64,000 nucleotides of DNA, from NCBI GenBank assembly GCA_900751995.1, contig CAADTP010000046.1:7290-71289 (forward strand), in the 5' to 3' direction. The DNA is from Lachnospiraceae bacterium (GTDB taxonomy: Bacteria > Bacillota > Clostridia > Lachnospirales > Lachnospiraceae). Positions 10,306-19,613 of the stretch are shown in pieces; within the stretch, counting starts at the first letter, position 1; every line of letters begins with the position of its first letter. Under the pieces are notes generated by a model. That model saw only the letters and a list, made by a program, of their open reading frames with translations. It did no database searches and was not told the origin of the DNA. Made by a program: the position numbers and the translations under genes.

Positions 10306-12489
10306 ATGTCTGTAACAATAGCTCTTGCCGGAAACCCGAACTGTGGTAAGACTACAATGTTCAATGCTCTTACAGGCGCAAACCAGTACGTTGGTAACTG
10401 GCCAGGTGTTACTGTAGAGAAAAAAGAGGGCAAGCTGAAAAACCAGAAGGATGTAACGGTAACAGACCTTCCGGGTATCTATTCACTTTCCCCGTATACA
10501 CTTGAGGAGGTTGTCAGCCGTGATTACCTTCTGAAAGAGAAACCGGATGTGATCATCGATCTTGTGGATGCAACAAACATCGAGAGAAACCTGTATCTTG
10601 CAACCCAGCTTCTTGAAATCGGTATCCCGGTTGTTATCGCTCTTAATATGGTGGATCTTCTGAAAAAGAACAACATCCATATCAATGTAAAAGGCTTAAG
10701 CTCCGCGCTTGGATGCCCGATCGTTGAGACCTCTGCTCTTAAAGGAACAGGCCTTAAAGAGGTTGTTGATGAGGCAATCAAATGTGCGAACCAGCACAGA
10801 GTACCATCGAAGCAGATGGAATTTCCGAAAGCAGTAGAAAAAGCTGTAAATGAGATCGAGGGATTTGTTCCTGCAAACATCGCTGAGGAGAACAAGAGAT
10901 GGTATGCAGTAAAGCTTCTTGAGAGAGACAGCAAGGTAAAAGAAGGTCTGAACCTTCCGGCTTCTGCACAGTCCAGGATCGAGGAGATTGCTTCTGGCCT
11001 TGAGAAGGCAGAGGATGATGATACAGAGAGTATCGTAACGGATGGAAGATATCAGTACATCCAGAAGGTTGTTTCTGCAAACGTTAAGAGAAGCGGAAAT
11101 AAGATGACAGTTTCCGATAAGATCGACCGTATCGTAACAAACCGTGTTCTCGGTCTTCCGATCTTTATCCTTACCATGTTCATCGTTTATTATGTATCGG
11201 TAACAACAGTTGGTACCATGGTAACAGACTGGACAAACGACAGCTTTGTGGGAACCATCCAGAGTGTTGTGTCGGATGGACTCGGCAATGCCGGTGTTGC
11301 TGACTGGCTGGTGAGCCTTGTATCAGATGGTATCATCGGTGGTCTTGGTGCAGTGCTTGGATTCGTTCCGCAGATGGCGATCCTGTTCCTGTTCCTTTCC
11401 ATCCTTGAGGATTGCGGTTACATGGTTCGTATCGCGTTCGTCATGGACCGTGTATTCCGTCATTTCGGACTTTCCGGAAAGAGCTTTATCCCGCTTCTTA
11501 TCTCCTCCGGCTGTGGAATCCCTGGAATCATGGCTTCCAAAACGATCGAGGCAGATAATGACCGTCGTCTGACGATCATGACAGCAACATTTATCCCATG
11601 TGGTGCCAAGCTTCCGGTTATCGCTCTTATGGGCGGTATCATGACTGCTTATGCAACCGGTGACTATGTAGCTGCTGGTTTCATCACACCACTGATGTAC
11701 TTCATCGGTGTTGTAGCAGTTCTTGTATCTGCGATCATCCTGAAGAAAACAAAACCGTTCTCCGGTAAACCTGCTCCGTTCGTAATGGAGCTTCCGCAGT
11801 ACCATATTCCGTCTGCAAAGACAGTTCTGCTTCACGTTTGGGAGAGACTGAAAGGCTTCATCATCAAAGCCGGTACCATTCTTTTCCTTGCAACTGTTAT
11901 CATGTGGATCCTTTCCAGCATCGGAAATACAGGAAGCGGAATCGGATTTGTTGAGGACAGCAACGACAGTATCATGGCTATCCTTGGTGGTATCCTTGCT
12001 CCGATCTTTGCTCCTCTTGGATTTGGCAAATGGCAGCCGGTTGCAGCCTCCATCTCCGGATTCTCCGCAAAAGAGTCCATCGTAAGTACAATGGGTGTTC
12101 TTGCAAACGTAGCTGGTGATGATGCAGAGGATACCATGATCGTTGGTGCAGCGATCAAAGCATGGTTCCCGACAGCAGTAGCAGCATTTTCTTTCCTGCT
12201 GTTCAACCTGCTTGACTCTCCGTGCCTTGCAGCTATTTCTACAATGGCACATGAGATGCAGTCCAGAAAATGGTTCTGGTTTGCAATTCTCTTCCAGAAC
12301 ATTTTTGCTTATGTTGTAACACTTTGTGTATACCAGATCGGTCTTGTTGTCACAGGTGCCGGTTCCTTCGGAATTGGAACGATCGTAGCGCTGATCCTTG
12401 CAGCGATCCTGCTCTTCCTTTTGTTCAGACCAGATCCGTACAAGAACCAGAACGATGTTACAAAGAGATCTGTACAGGCAGCAGAGTAA
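10306..12489 (+). CDS. feoB: Ferrous iron transporter B
   Basis: GNPNCGKT, VGNWPGVTVE, DLPGIYSL, NMVD GTPase motifs, then a membrane domain (LEDCGYM, FIPCGAKL, FVMELPQY). Confidence 0.97.
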   Translation: MSVTIALAGNPNCGKTTMFNALTGANQYVGNWPGVTVEKKEGKLKNQKDVTVTDLPGIYSLSPYTLEEVVSRDYLLKEKPDVIIDLVDATNIERNLYLATQLLEIGIPVVIALNMVDLLKKNNIHINVKGLSSALGCPIVETSALKGTGLKEVVDEAIKCANQHRVPSKQMEFPKAVEKAVNEIEGFVPANIAEENKRWYAVKLLERDSKVKEGLNLPASAQSRIEEIASGLEKAEDDDTESIVTDGRYQYIQKVVSANVKRSGNKMTVSDKIDRIVTNRVLGLPIFILTMFIVYYVSVTTVGTMVTDWTNDSFVGTIQSVVSDGLGNAGVADWLVSLVSDGIIGGLGAVLGFVPQMAILFLFLSILEDCGYMVRIAFVMDRVFRHFGLSGKSFIPLLISSGCGIPGIMASKTIEADNDRRLTIMTATFIPCGAKLPVIALMGGIMTAYATGDYVAAGFITPLMYFIGVVAVLVSAIILKKTKPFSGKPAPFVMELPQYHIPSAKTVLLHVWERLKGFIIKAGTILFLATVIMWILSSIGNTGSGIGFVEDSNDSIMAILGGILAPIFAPLGFGKWQPVAASISGFSAKESIVSTMGVLANVAGDDAEDTMIVGAAIKAWFPTAVAAFSFLLFNLLDSPCLAAISTMAHEMQSRKWFWFAILFQNIFAYVVTLCVYQIGLVVTGAGSFGIGTIVALILAAILLFLLFRPDPYKNQNDVTKRSVQAAE

Positions 12490-12710
12490 TTGAAAACCGG
12501 TCATACAGTAACGATCCGGTACATATGATAGCTTTGAAATGATGCTGTAAGGACAGCTGAAATGATAAGAAATGCAGGAGACCGGGGATGTAAATACCTG
12601 GTCTTCTGTGCTATAATAAGCCTGAAGAAATATGGAAGTTTTTTTACAAAAGTATTATCAGAGGCTGGCAGCAGTTCACAGGCTGTACAGCGAAAGAAAG
12701 GGTGACAGAT

Positions 12711-12908
12711 ATGAGTATGATAGCGGATATTATTGTACTGGCACTGGTGATCGCATATGGCGTATTTGTGGTCAGTTATCTCTATTCAAGAAAGAAACAG
12801 GGGCTCAGCTGTGTCGGCTGTGCCGGTAACACACGTACAGGTGGCTGTGGTGGTAGCTGCTCCGGTCATTGTTCCGGCTGCTCCGGCTGCAGTGGAATGC
12901 ATAAGTAA
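12711..12908 (+). CDS. FeoB-associated Cys-rich small membrane protein
   Basis: N-terminal TM helix, then CVGC...CGGSCSGHCSGCSGC; directly after feoB. Confidence 0.75.
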   Translation: MSMIADIIVLALVIAYGVFVVSYLYSRKKQGLSCVGCAGNTRTGGCGGSCSGHCSGCSGCSGMHK

Positions 12909-12926
12909 CCAGGAGGGAAAGAAATC

Positions 12927-13283
12927 ATGGCAAATGCAATTGTTGTCATCGTTGTTATCATCATTATGCTGTTTGCCGGAAAAGGCGCATATAAACATCT
13001 GAAGGGCGAAGGCGCCTGCTGCGGAGGCGGCAGCAAGCCGGAGATCCCGAAGAAGAAGCTGGATGGAACCAAGCTGGGTGAGAAAACCATGAAGATCACA
13101 GGCATGCACTGTGAGAACTGTGTGGCCAGCGTCACAAGAGCGATCAACCGCATTGACGGTGCGGCAGCAAAAGTAAGCCTGAAAAAAGGTGAGGCAGTGG
13201 TTTCCTACGACAGAGAGATTTCCGACGAAGAGCTTAAGAAGGTAGTGGAAGACAGAGGATATCACGTAGTTTCTATCCAGTAA
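12927..13283 (+). CDS. Membrane-anchored heavy-metal-associated (HMA/CopZ-like) protein
   Basis: TM helix, ACCGGG, then HMA fold ITGMHCENCVASV...VEDRGY. Confidence 0.85.
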   Translation: MANAIVVIVVIIIMLFAGKGAYKHLKGEGACCGGGSKPEIPKKKLDGTKLGEKTMKITGMHCENCVASVTRAINRIDGAAAKVSLKKGEAVVSYDREISDEELKKVVEDRGYHVVSIQ

Positions 13284-13410
13284 AGCTTTATCATAAGAAT
13301 AACTTTGCCGCGGCTTCTGAGCCGGCAGATCAGAGAAGAGACTTCTCGGCGAAATGCTTAAAAATATTTCGCCTGGGGGCCTTTTTTTGTATAAAAAGTC
13401 AGAGTTGCAA

Positions 13411-13706
13411 TTGACTCACTAATGTACACCATTGTATAATAAAAACAGAAAAATTCAGACGGAACGAAATATTTTCTTTCTATCCGGATGAGGCATTAAA
13501 ACAAAATACAGCAGGAAACAGACTTTGACGGCAAGGAATATCCGAGCAGGAATCGTTGTTCATCCGGCACAGCTTAACCGAATCAGCTGCGAAGCAGTTA
13601 TTCGGTTATGAACAAGCAGCAAATGCGGATCGCGAATATCCGCTTGACTTTGTTTTGTGAGCGGAATACGGGACTCTTTCACCTTGTGCGTGAAAGAGCT
13701 TTTTTT
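13411..13706 (+). promoter_or_regulatory. Promoter and long structured 5' leader ending in an intrinsic terminator (attenuator/riboswitch candidate) for the Nif-like/hyp operon
   Basis: TTGACT (13411)-18 nt-TATAAT (13435). Hairpin CTCTTTCAC/GTGAAAGAG (13674-13698) with T7 lies before the start codon at 13754. Confidence 0.7.
13574..13641 (+). repeat. Dispersed ~67-bp double-hairpin repeat, copy 1
   Basis: TTAACCGAATCAGCTGCGAAGCAGTTATTCGGTTATGAACAAGCAGCAAATGCGGATCGCGAATATCC aligns with 33859-33924. Confidence 0.7.
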
Positions 13707-13753
13707 ATGAAAAATACCTGCGGGAGCGGACAGAATGAATTAGGGAGGATTTT

Positions 13754-14527
13754 ATGCTGAAGGTAGCAGTATACGGAAAGGGCGGTATCGGAAAGTCTAC
13801 AGTGACGTCCAACCTGGCGGCGGCTTTTGCAGCCATGGGGAAAAGAGTGATCCAGATCGGTTGTGATCCCAAGGCGGATTCCACCATCAATCTTCTTGGG
13901 GGAGAACCTCTGCGGCCGGTAATGAATTATATGCGGGAAGAGGATGAGGAGCCGGAAAAGCTGGAGGATATTTCAAAGGAGGGTTTTGGTGGAGTCCTCT
14001 GCATTGAGACAGGCGGCCCCACGCCGGGACTTGGCTGTGCAGGCAGAGGTATCATCGCAACCTTTCAGCTTCTGGAGGATCTGAAGCTTTTTGAGACCTG
14101 GAAGCCGGATGTAGTGCTTTACGATGTTCTTGGAGATGTAGTATGCGGCGGTTTTGCGGCACCGATCCGGGAGGGCTATGCGGAAAAAGTACTCATTGTC
14201 ACATCCGGAGAGAAAATGGCACTCTATGCAGCCAATAATATTTCCAGTGCTGTGCGGAATTTTGAGGATCGAAGTTATGCGAGGATCTTCGGGATCGTGC
14301 TGAATCACAGGAATGTGGAGAATGAAACGGAAAAAGTAAATGCTTTTGCAGAAAAAAATAATATCCCGGTCGTGGGTGAGATCCCGAGAAGTGACGAGAT
14401 CATCCGATGGGAGGATCAGGGCAAAACGGTGATCGAGGGAGATGAAAATTCTGAGATCAGTGAGAAATTTTTTGCACTGGCCAGGAAGCTATTGGAAAGT
14501 GAAGAAGCGGAGAAGGAGGATATATGA
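13754..14527 (+). CDS. NifH/CfbC/BchL-like Fe-protein ATPase, copy 1
   Basis: [10 protein letters not shown]-loop, [23 protein letters not shown] and [13 protein letters not shown] (both [4Fe-4S] Cys present); 257 aa, shorter than typical NifH. Confidence 0.93.
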   Translation: MLKVAVYGKGGIGKSTVTSNLAAAFAAMGKRVIQIGCDPKADSTINLLGGEPLRPVMNYMREEDEEPEKLEDISKEGFGGVLCIETGGPTPGLGCAGRGIIATFQLLEDLKLFETWKPDVVLYDVLGDVVCGGFAAPIREGYAEKVLIVTSGEKMALYAANNISSAVRNFEDRSYARIFGIVLNHRNVENETEKVNAFAEKNNIPVVGEIPRSDEIIRWEDQGKTVIEGDENSEISEKFFALARKLLESEEAEKEDI

Positions 14528-15828
14528 AAAAGGAAGCATATTTTGCAACTGCAGAAGAACTGGCCCGGGGCGGGCTGGAAGCGATCCCTCCGCAGATGAT
14601 CTCCGGGAAGCATCTGATCTATAGCTCTCCGGCAACTCTGGCATTTAACTCTCCGGGAGCGGAGGGCTTTGGCGTAAAGCGGGCCGGGCTTGCAGTGCCG
14701 GATTCCATTATGCTGATCGTGGCACCGGGATGCTGCGGAAGAAATACTTCTCTTATCAGCTCCATGCCGGAGTACAATGATCGATTTTTTTATCTGATGA
14801 TGGACGAGACGGATATTGTTACAGGCCGTCATCTGAAAAAGATCCCGAAAGCGGTAAAAGAGATCTGCGACTGCTGTGAGAAGAAGCCGTCTGTGGTAAT
14901 GATCTGTATCACCTGTGTGGATGCACTTCTGGGAACGGATATGGAACGTGTCTGCCGGAAGGCAGAGGAAAAGGTGGATATTCCGGTGCGCCCCTGTTAC
15001 ATGTACGCACTGACACGTGAGGGCAGAAAGCCGCCTATGGTCCATGTGCGCCAGTCCTTATACTCCCTCCTTGAGCCACAGAAGAAAAAGGGAAATGTGG
15101 TCAATCTTCTGGGATTTTTTTCGCCGCTGGTTGATGACTGCGAGATGTATGAGCTGCTGCAGCAGGCAGGCGTAAAGACCATCCATGAAATCTCAAGATG
15201 TAAGGATTATGAAGAATATCAGACCATGTCACAGGCCAATTTTAATCTGGTGCTTCATCCGGAAGCAAGGTTTGCAGCGGAGGATTTTCATGATCGGCTG
15301 AAGATTCCTTTTATTGAGCTTCGGAGGCTCTACCAGACAGATAAGATCGAAAATCAGTATCGTGCCTTGGGACAGGTTCTTGGAGTCTCTTTTGATCAGG
15401 AAGTGTATAAAAAAGCAGCAGAAGAGGCTGTGGAGCGATTCCGGGAGGTCTGTCCGGATGCGTCTTTTGCTGTAGGGGAGTGCATGAACGGAGATCCCTT
15501 TGAGCTGGCCCTTGCCCTGGTGCGGTATGGTTTCCGGGTGCCGGAGATCTACGGAACCATCACAGCCGAGAATTTTGTATACATACGGCATCTTGCGGAA
15601 TTGAGTCCGAATACAAAGGTTTTTTCCAATATGGAACCCACCATGCTGTATTACGATCCGTCCGGGAGCGGAGTGAACCTTACCATAGGAAAGGATGCAG
15701 GATATTATCACCGGGATCAGCCAAATGCCGTGTGGAATCAGGACCGGCAGCCCTATGGCTATGCAGGGGTACGCAGGCTGTTTGAGACACTGACAGAGAA
15801 AGTTTTGCAGAAGGGAGAAAAGGTATGA
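14524..15828 (+). CDS. Nitrogenase component-1-like oxidoreductase, alpha-type subunit A1
   Basis: [42 protein letters not shown] are component-1 fold signatures; ATGA coupling to the NifH-like gene. Confidence 0.85.
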   Translation: MKKEAYFATAEELARGGLEAIPPQMISGKHLIYSSPATLAFNSPGAEGFGVKRAGLAVPDSIMLIVAPGCCGRNTSLISSMPEYNDRFFYLMMDETDIVTGRHLKKIPKAVKEICDCCEKKPSVVMICITCVDALLGTDMERVCRKAEEKVDIPVRPCYMYALTREGRKPPMVHVRQSLYSLLEPQKKKGNVVNLLGFFSPLVDDCEMYELLQQAGVKTIHEISRCKDYEEYQTMSQANFNLVLHPEARFAAEDFHDRLKIPFIELRRLYQTDKIENQYRALGQVLGVSFDQEVYKKAAEEAVERFREVCPDASFAVGECMNGDPFELALALVRYGFRVPEIYGTITAENFVYIRHLAELSPNTKVFSNMEPTMLYYDPSGSGVNLTIGKDAGYYHRDQPNAVWNQDRQPYGYAGVRRLFETLTEKVLQKGEKV

Positions 15829-16862
15829 GAGGACTTCGGAAATATCTGACACCTTTTGCACCGGATCAGTCCGGAGCTGTGTCAGTGCTGTATGAGCTTG
15901 GCGGTATCATCGTGATCTGTGATGCAGGAGGATGTGCGGGAAATGTCTGCGGCTTTGATGAACCAAGATGGTTTGAACAGAAAAGCGCGGTATTCAGTGC
16001 AGGACTTCGGGATATGGATGCCATCCTGGGACGGGATGACCGCCTGGTTGCCAAGCTTGTGGATGCAGCAGTAAAGGTGGAGGCAGGCTTTGCAGCCATT
16101 ATCGGAACACCGGTACCTGCTGTGATCGGAACGGATCATCAGGCACTGCGGCGGATGTGCGAGAAGAAAACAGATCTTCCGGTGCTTGCAGTAAATACCA
16201 ACGGAATGGAGCTTTATGATGCGGGAGAGCGGAAGGCTTATCTGGAGCTTTTTAAAGCCTTTGCCCGGGAAAAGCTGCCTGTGGAGGCTGGTAAGACAGG
16301 AGTTCTCGGAATGACACCTCAGGATGTCAGTGACCTGAAAGCAGCAGACAAGATCCGTGAAAAATTCCGTGCCAGAGGACAGAGAGCAGTCTGCTACGGA
16401 ATGGGAGACGGGCTTGATGAGGTAAAAAAAGCCTCCTCTGTGGAAAAAAATATCGTGGTTTCTCCTGCGGCACTGGAATGTGCCAGATATCTGGAGAAAA
16501 CCTTCGGAACACCTTATGAGGTGGGATATCCTCTGGCGGAAGAGCTGGTTCCTGATATGGATTATACAGGAAAAAAGATTCTCATCGTGCAGCAGCAGGT
16601 GATGGCCGGTTCCATAAGAGAGGAGCTACGGAAACGTGGTGCGGACGGAGAGCTCACCGTGGCAAGCTGGTTTTCCATGGAAAAAGATCTCCTGGAGGAG
16701 GGCGATGTGTCATTAAGGGATGAGGAAGATTACATGGAACTGGCAGAGAAGGGCGGATATGACGTGATCTTTGCAGACCCATGTATGAAGCGGATGACAA
16801 AGGCTTTTTCAGGAGTGTTTGTGGATACAGTGCATTTTGCGGTATCCGGAAAATGCAGGTAG
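15825..16862 (+). CDS. Nitrogenase component-1-like oxidoreductase, beta-type subunit B1
   Basis: APDQSGAVSVL, ICDAGGCAGNV, LRDMDAILG, IIGTPVPAVIGTD; ATGA coupling. Confidence 0.8.
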   Translation: MRGLRKYLTPFAPDQSGAVSVLYELGGIIVICDAGGCAGNVCGFDEPRWFEQKSAVFSAGLRDMDAILGRDDRLVAKLVDAAVKVEAGFAAIIGTPVPAVIGTDHQALRRMCEKKTDLPVLAVNTNGMELYDAGERKAYLELFKAFAREKLPVEAGKTGVLGMTPQDVSDLKAADKIREKFRARGQRAVCYGMGDGLDEVKKASSVEKNIVVSPAALECARYLEKTFGTPYEVGYPLAEELVPDMDYTGKKILIVQQQVMAGSIREELRKRGADGELTVASWFSMEKDLLEEGDVSLRDEEDYMELAEKGGYDVIFADPCMKRMTKAFSGVFVDTVHFAVSGKCR

Positions 16863-16928
16863 ACCATAAGGGCAGGACATAAAGTTACATGCATGCTGCA
16901 GCCGGATCAGTGGAAATAGCTGCAGGGA

Positions 16929-19313
16929 ATGGAGAAACATATGGAGCGGGAAATTACGAAAATGATCCGTGTTTACGGGATCGTACAGGGAGTGGGATTT
17001 CGCCCTACGGTGAGCCGTCATGCTATGGCAAGAGGAATCCGTGGCAGTGTGTCCAATAAAGGACCCTATGTGGAGATTTTTGCTCAGGGTAAGCAGCAGG
17101 ATGTGGATGCCTTTATCGCAGATATCGGGAATAAGCCACCGAAGCGTGCAGCTATCCTGAAGCTTCTTGAAGAACCGGTGGAGGAGCCGGAGAAATTTAC
17201 ACAGTTTGATATCATCGAAAGTGAGAAGACAAAGGGGGAGATCTTTGTCTCCCCGGATATCGCGATCTGCGATGAATGTAAGGCGGAGATGTTTGATCCG
17301 GAAAACAGGCGGTATCTGCATCCCTTTATCAACTGTACCTGCTGCGGTCCCAGACTGACGATCCTGGATTCGCTTCCTTATGACCGTGAACGGACCAGTA
17401 TGAAGGAATTTCCCATGTGTCCCTCCTGTGCGGATGAGTACCATAATCCGGATACCAGACGCTATGATGCCCAGCCGGTGTGCTGCAATGACTGCGGCCC
17501 TGAGGTATACCTGGCGGGAAGAGAGGAACGGGGACGGGAGGCTATCACTTATACAAGGAAGATCATTGCTTCCGGCGGGATCGTGGCCATCAAAGGGATC
17601 GGTGGTTTTCACCTTTGCTGTGATGCTACCAGTGAGGAGGCTGTACAGCGGCTGCGGCAGCGGAAACGGCGTCCGGTGAAGCCTTTTGCAGTGATGGCAC
17701 AGGATATGGAAGCTGTGAAGAAGATCTGTAAGGTCAGCGAGGAACAGGAGAAGATCCTTACCGGTCATCAAAAGCCGATCCTGCTGTTGGATAAGCTGCC
17801 GGGAGAAACGAGGCTTTGTGAGAGCATTGCACCCGGGAATCCCAAGGTGGGTGTCATGCTTCCCTATGCACCGGTTCAGCTGCTTCTTTTTCATTACGAT
17901 GATGGGATCCGGATGCCCGGGCTTCTGGTAATGACCAGCGGAAATACTTCCGGGGCGCCGATCTGCAGAGATGATGAGGAGGCGGCAGAGGAGCTTTCCC
18001 ATCTCTGTGACTGCATTCTTTCCCACAACAGGAAGATACGTATCCGGGCCGACGATTCGGTGATGGATTTCTATAAGGGTGAACCCTATATGATCCGCCG
18101 TTCCCGCGGGTATGCGCCTCTTCCGTTTATGGTCTCCACACCCTGGAAGGGCCAGGTGATCGCAGCAGGTGGAGAACTTAAGAACACCTTCTGCATTGGT
18201 GTGGATAACCGTTTTTATCCTTCCCCTTATGTGGGAGATCTGGAGGATCTTCGAACGGTAAAAGCCCTGAAGGAAACGATCGGGCGGCTGGAAACACTTC
18301 TGGAGGTGCAGCCGGAGGTAGTGGTCTGTGATCTTCATCCTAAATATAATTCCACAGTGGTGGCAGAGGAGCTAGGGCTTCCGGTTCTGAGGGTGCAGCA
18401 TCATTATGCACACATTTTATCCTGCATGGCAGAAAATGACTGCGAAGAAAAGGTGATAGGGGTTTCCTTTGACGGAACAGGCTATGGAACCGATGGAACC
18501 ATCTGGGGCGGAGAGCTCCTGGTTGCAGACTGTCAGGGATTTACAAGGCTTGGAAGTATAGAACCCTTTGTCCAGGTTGGCGGAGATATTTCCGCAAAAG
18601 AAGGCTGGCGGATCGCCGTTTCCCTGATCTGGCAGAATATGGGAAATCTGGAAAAAACCCTGGACACTGTCCGTAAACTGGGACTTTGCACAGATCAGGA
18701 AGCAAAGGTACTGGTGACTATGGCACAGCGGAAGATCAATGCCGTGACTTCCACCAGTGCAGGAAGACTTTTTGACGGAGTCAGTGCGATCCTGGGGATC
18801 CGGAGAGCGTCTACCTTTGAGGGAGAAGCGTCCACAGCATTGGAATTTGCGGCGGAGGCCTGGAGAAAGCAGCGGGAGATGCAGAAGAAAAATCCGGAAG
18901 AAAATCTGAAGATACGGATGTCGGAAAAGGAAGACATTCCGGAAGGCACAGGCATCTCAGAAGCGTCTGAAGATGAACAAAAATTTATTTTAAATACAGG
19001 TGAGATCGTTGCATATCTGGTTCGGGCAAGGCTTGCAGGAGAGGATCCCGGGAAGCTGGCTTATGGATTTCACCGGGCACTGGCAGATGAGATCCTTGCA
19101 GCCTGTGAGGAAGCAGAGCGGCAGACCGGAATCCGGAAAGTGGCATTAAGCGGCGGTGTTTTTCAGAACCGGCTGCTTCTGGAGCTGGTAGATGACGGCC
19201 TTACGGAACTGGGGTTTAAAGTTCTGAAGCACAGCCTGATCCCGCCGAATGACGGAGGGATCGCACTGGGCCAGGCGGTGTATGGGATGGCTTATGTGCA
19301 GCGATACAGATAA
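16929..19313 (+). CDS. hypF: Carbamoyltransferase HypF
   Basis: Acylphosphatase domain (GIVQGVGFRP), two Zn fingers (CDEC..CTCCGPR; CPSC..CNDCGP), KGIGGFHL, MTSGN, QHHYAH, SFDGTGYG, PPNDGGIALGQ. Confidence 0.97.
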   Translation: MEKHMEREITKMIRVYGIVQGVGFRPTVSRHAMARGIRGSVSNKGPYVEIFAQGKQQDVDAFIADIGNKPPKRAAILKLLEEPVEEPEKFTQFDIIESEKTKGEIFVSPDIAICDECKAEMFDPENRRYLHPFINCTCCGPRLTILDSLPYDRERTSMKEFPMCPSCADEYHNPDTRRYDAQPVCCNDCGPEVYLAGREERGREAITYTRKIIASGGIVAIKGIGGFHLCCDATSEEAVQRLRQRKRRPVKPFAVMAQDMEAVKKICKVSEEQEKILTGHQKPILLLDKLPGETRLCESIAPGNPKVGVMLPYAPVQLLLFHYDDGIRMPGLLVMTSGNTSGAPICRDDEEAAEELSHLCDCILSHNRKIRIRADDSVMDFYKGEPYMIRRSRGYAPLPFMVSTPWKGQVIAAGGELKNTFCIGVDNRFYPSPYVGDLEDLRTVKALKETIGRLETLLEVQPEVVVCDLHPKYNSTVVAEELGLPVLRVQHHYAHILSCMAENDCEEKVIGVSFDGTGYGTDGTIWGGELLVADCQGFTRLGSIEPFVQVGGDISAKEGWRIAVSLIWQNMGNLEKTLDTVRKLGLCTDQEAKVLVTMAQRKINAVTSTSAGRLFDGVSAILGIRRASTFEGEASTALEFAAEAWRKQREMQKKNPEENLKIRMSEKEDIPEGTGISEASEDEQKFILNTGEIVAYLVRARLAGEDPGKLAYGFHRALADEILAACEEAERQTGIRKVALSGGVFQNRLLLELVDDGLTELGFKVLKHSLIPPNDGGIALGQAVYGMAYVQRYR

Positions 19314-19403
19314 ATATAGATGAGATCATGCAGATACGGATCAAAAATGTTTTATGATAATGCATGGAGCATACAGCAGAAATGCAGGATGGGAGGCACA
19401 GAT

Positions 19404-19613
19404 ATGTGTGTAGGATTATCAGCAAAAGTAGTAAAGATCAGTGACGGAACAGCAGTGGTGGATGCAGGCGGCGCAAAGAGAGAGGTTTCTGCCCAGCTCC
19501 TGGGAGACCTGGAGCCGGGAGATTATGTGATGGTGCATGCAGGTGTTGCCATTGCAAAGATCACCGATGATGACGAGGAAGAGACAGACCAGCTGATGGA
19601 GGAACTGCTGTGA
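19404..19613 (+). CDS. hypC: HypC/HybG/HupF Fe-ligand chaperone
   Basis: Start moved to ATG 19404 (GGAGG RBS), giving MCVGLSAKVV with the essential Cys2, and GDYVMVHAGVAI. Confidence 0.95.
   Translation: MCVGLSAKVVKISDGTAVVDAGGAKREVSAQLLGDLEPGDYVMVHAGVAIAKITDDDEEETDQLMEELL

Noticed and set aside
11323..12504. 393-aa antisense ORF
   Set aside because: Shadow of feoB arising from codon bias; no motifs.
13640..13706. T-box riboswitch in the Nif-like leader
   Set aside because: The would-be bulge reads CGGAATA, not TGGNACC, and I find no stem I AG-box/specifier motifs.
16809..18338. 509-aa antisense ORF
   Set aside because: Shadow of hypF; no RBS or domain signature.
19320..19403. N-terminal extension of HypC in the ORF track
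   Set aside because: HypC needs Cys at position 2, and the RBS supports ATG 19404.
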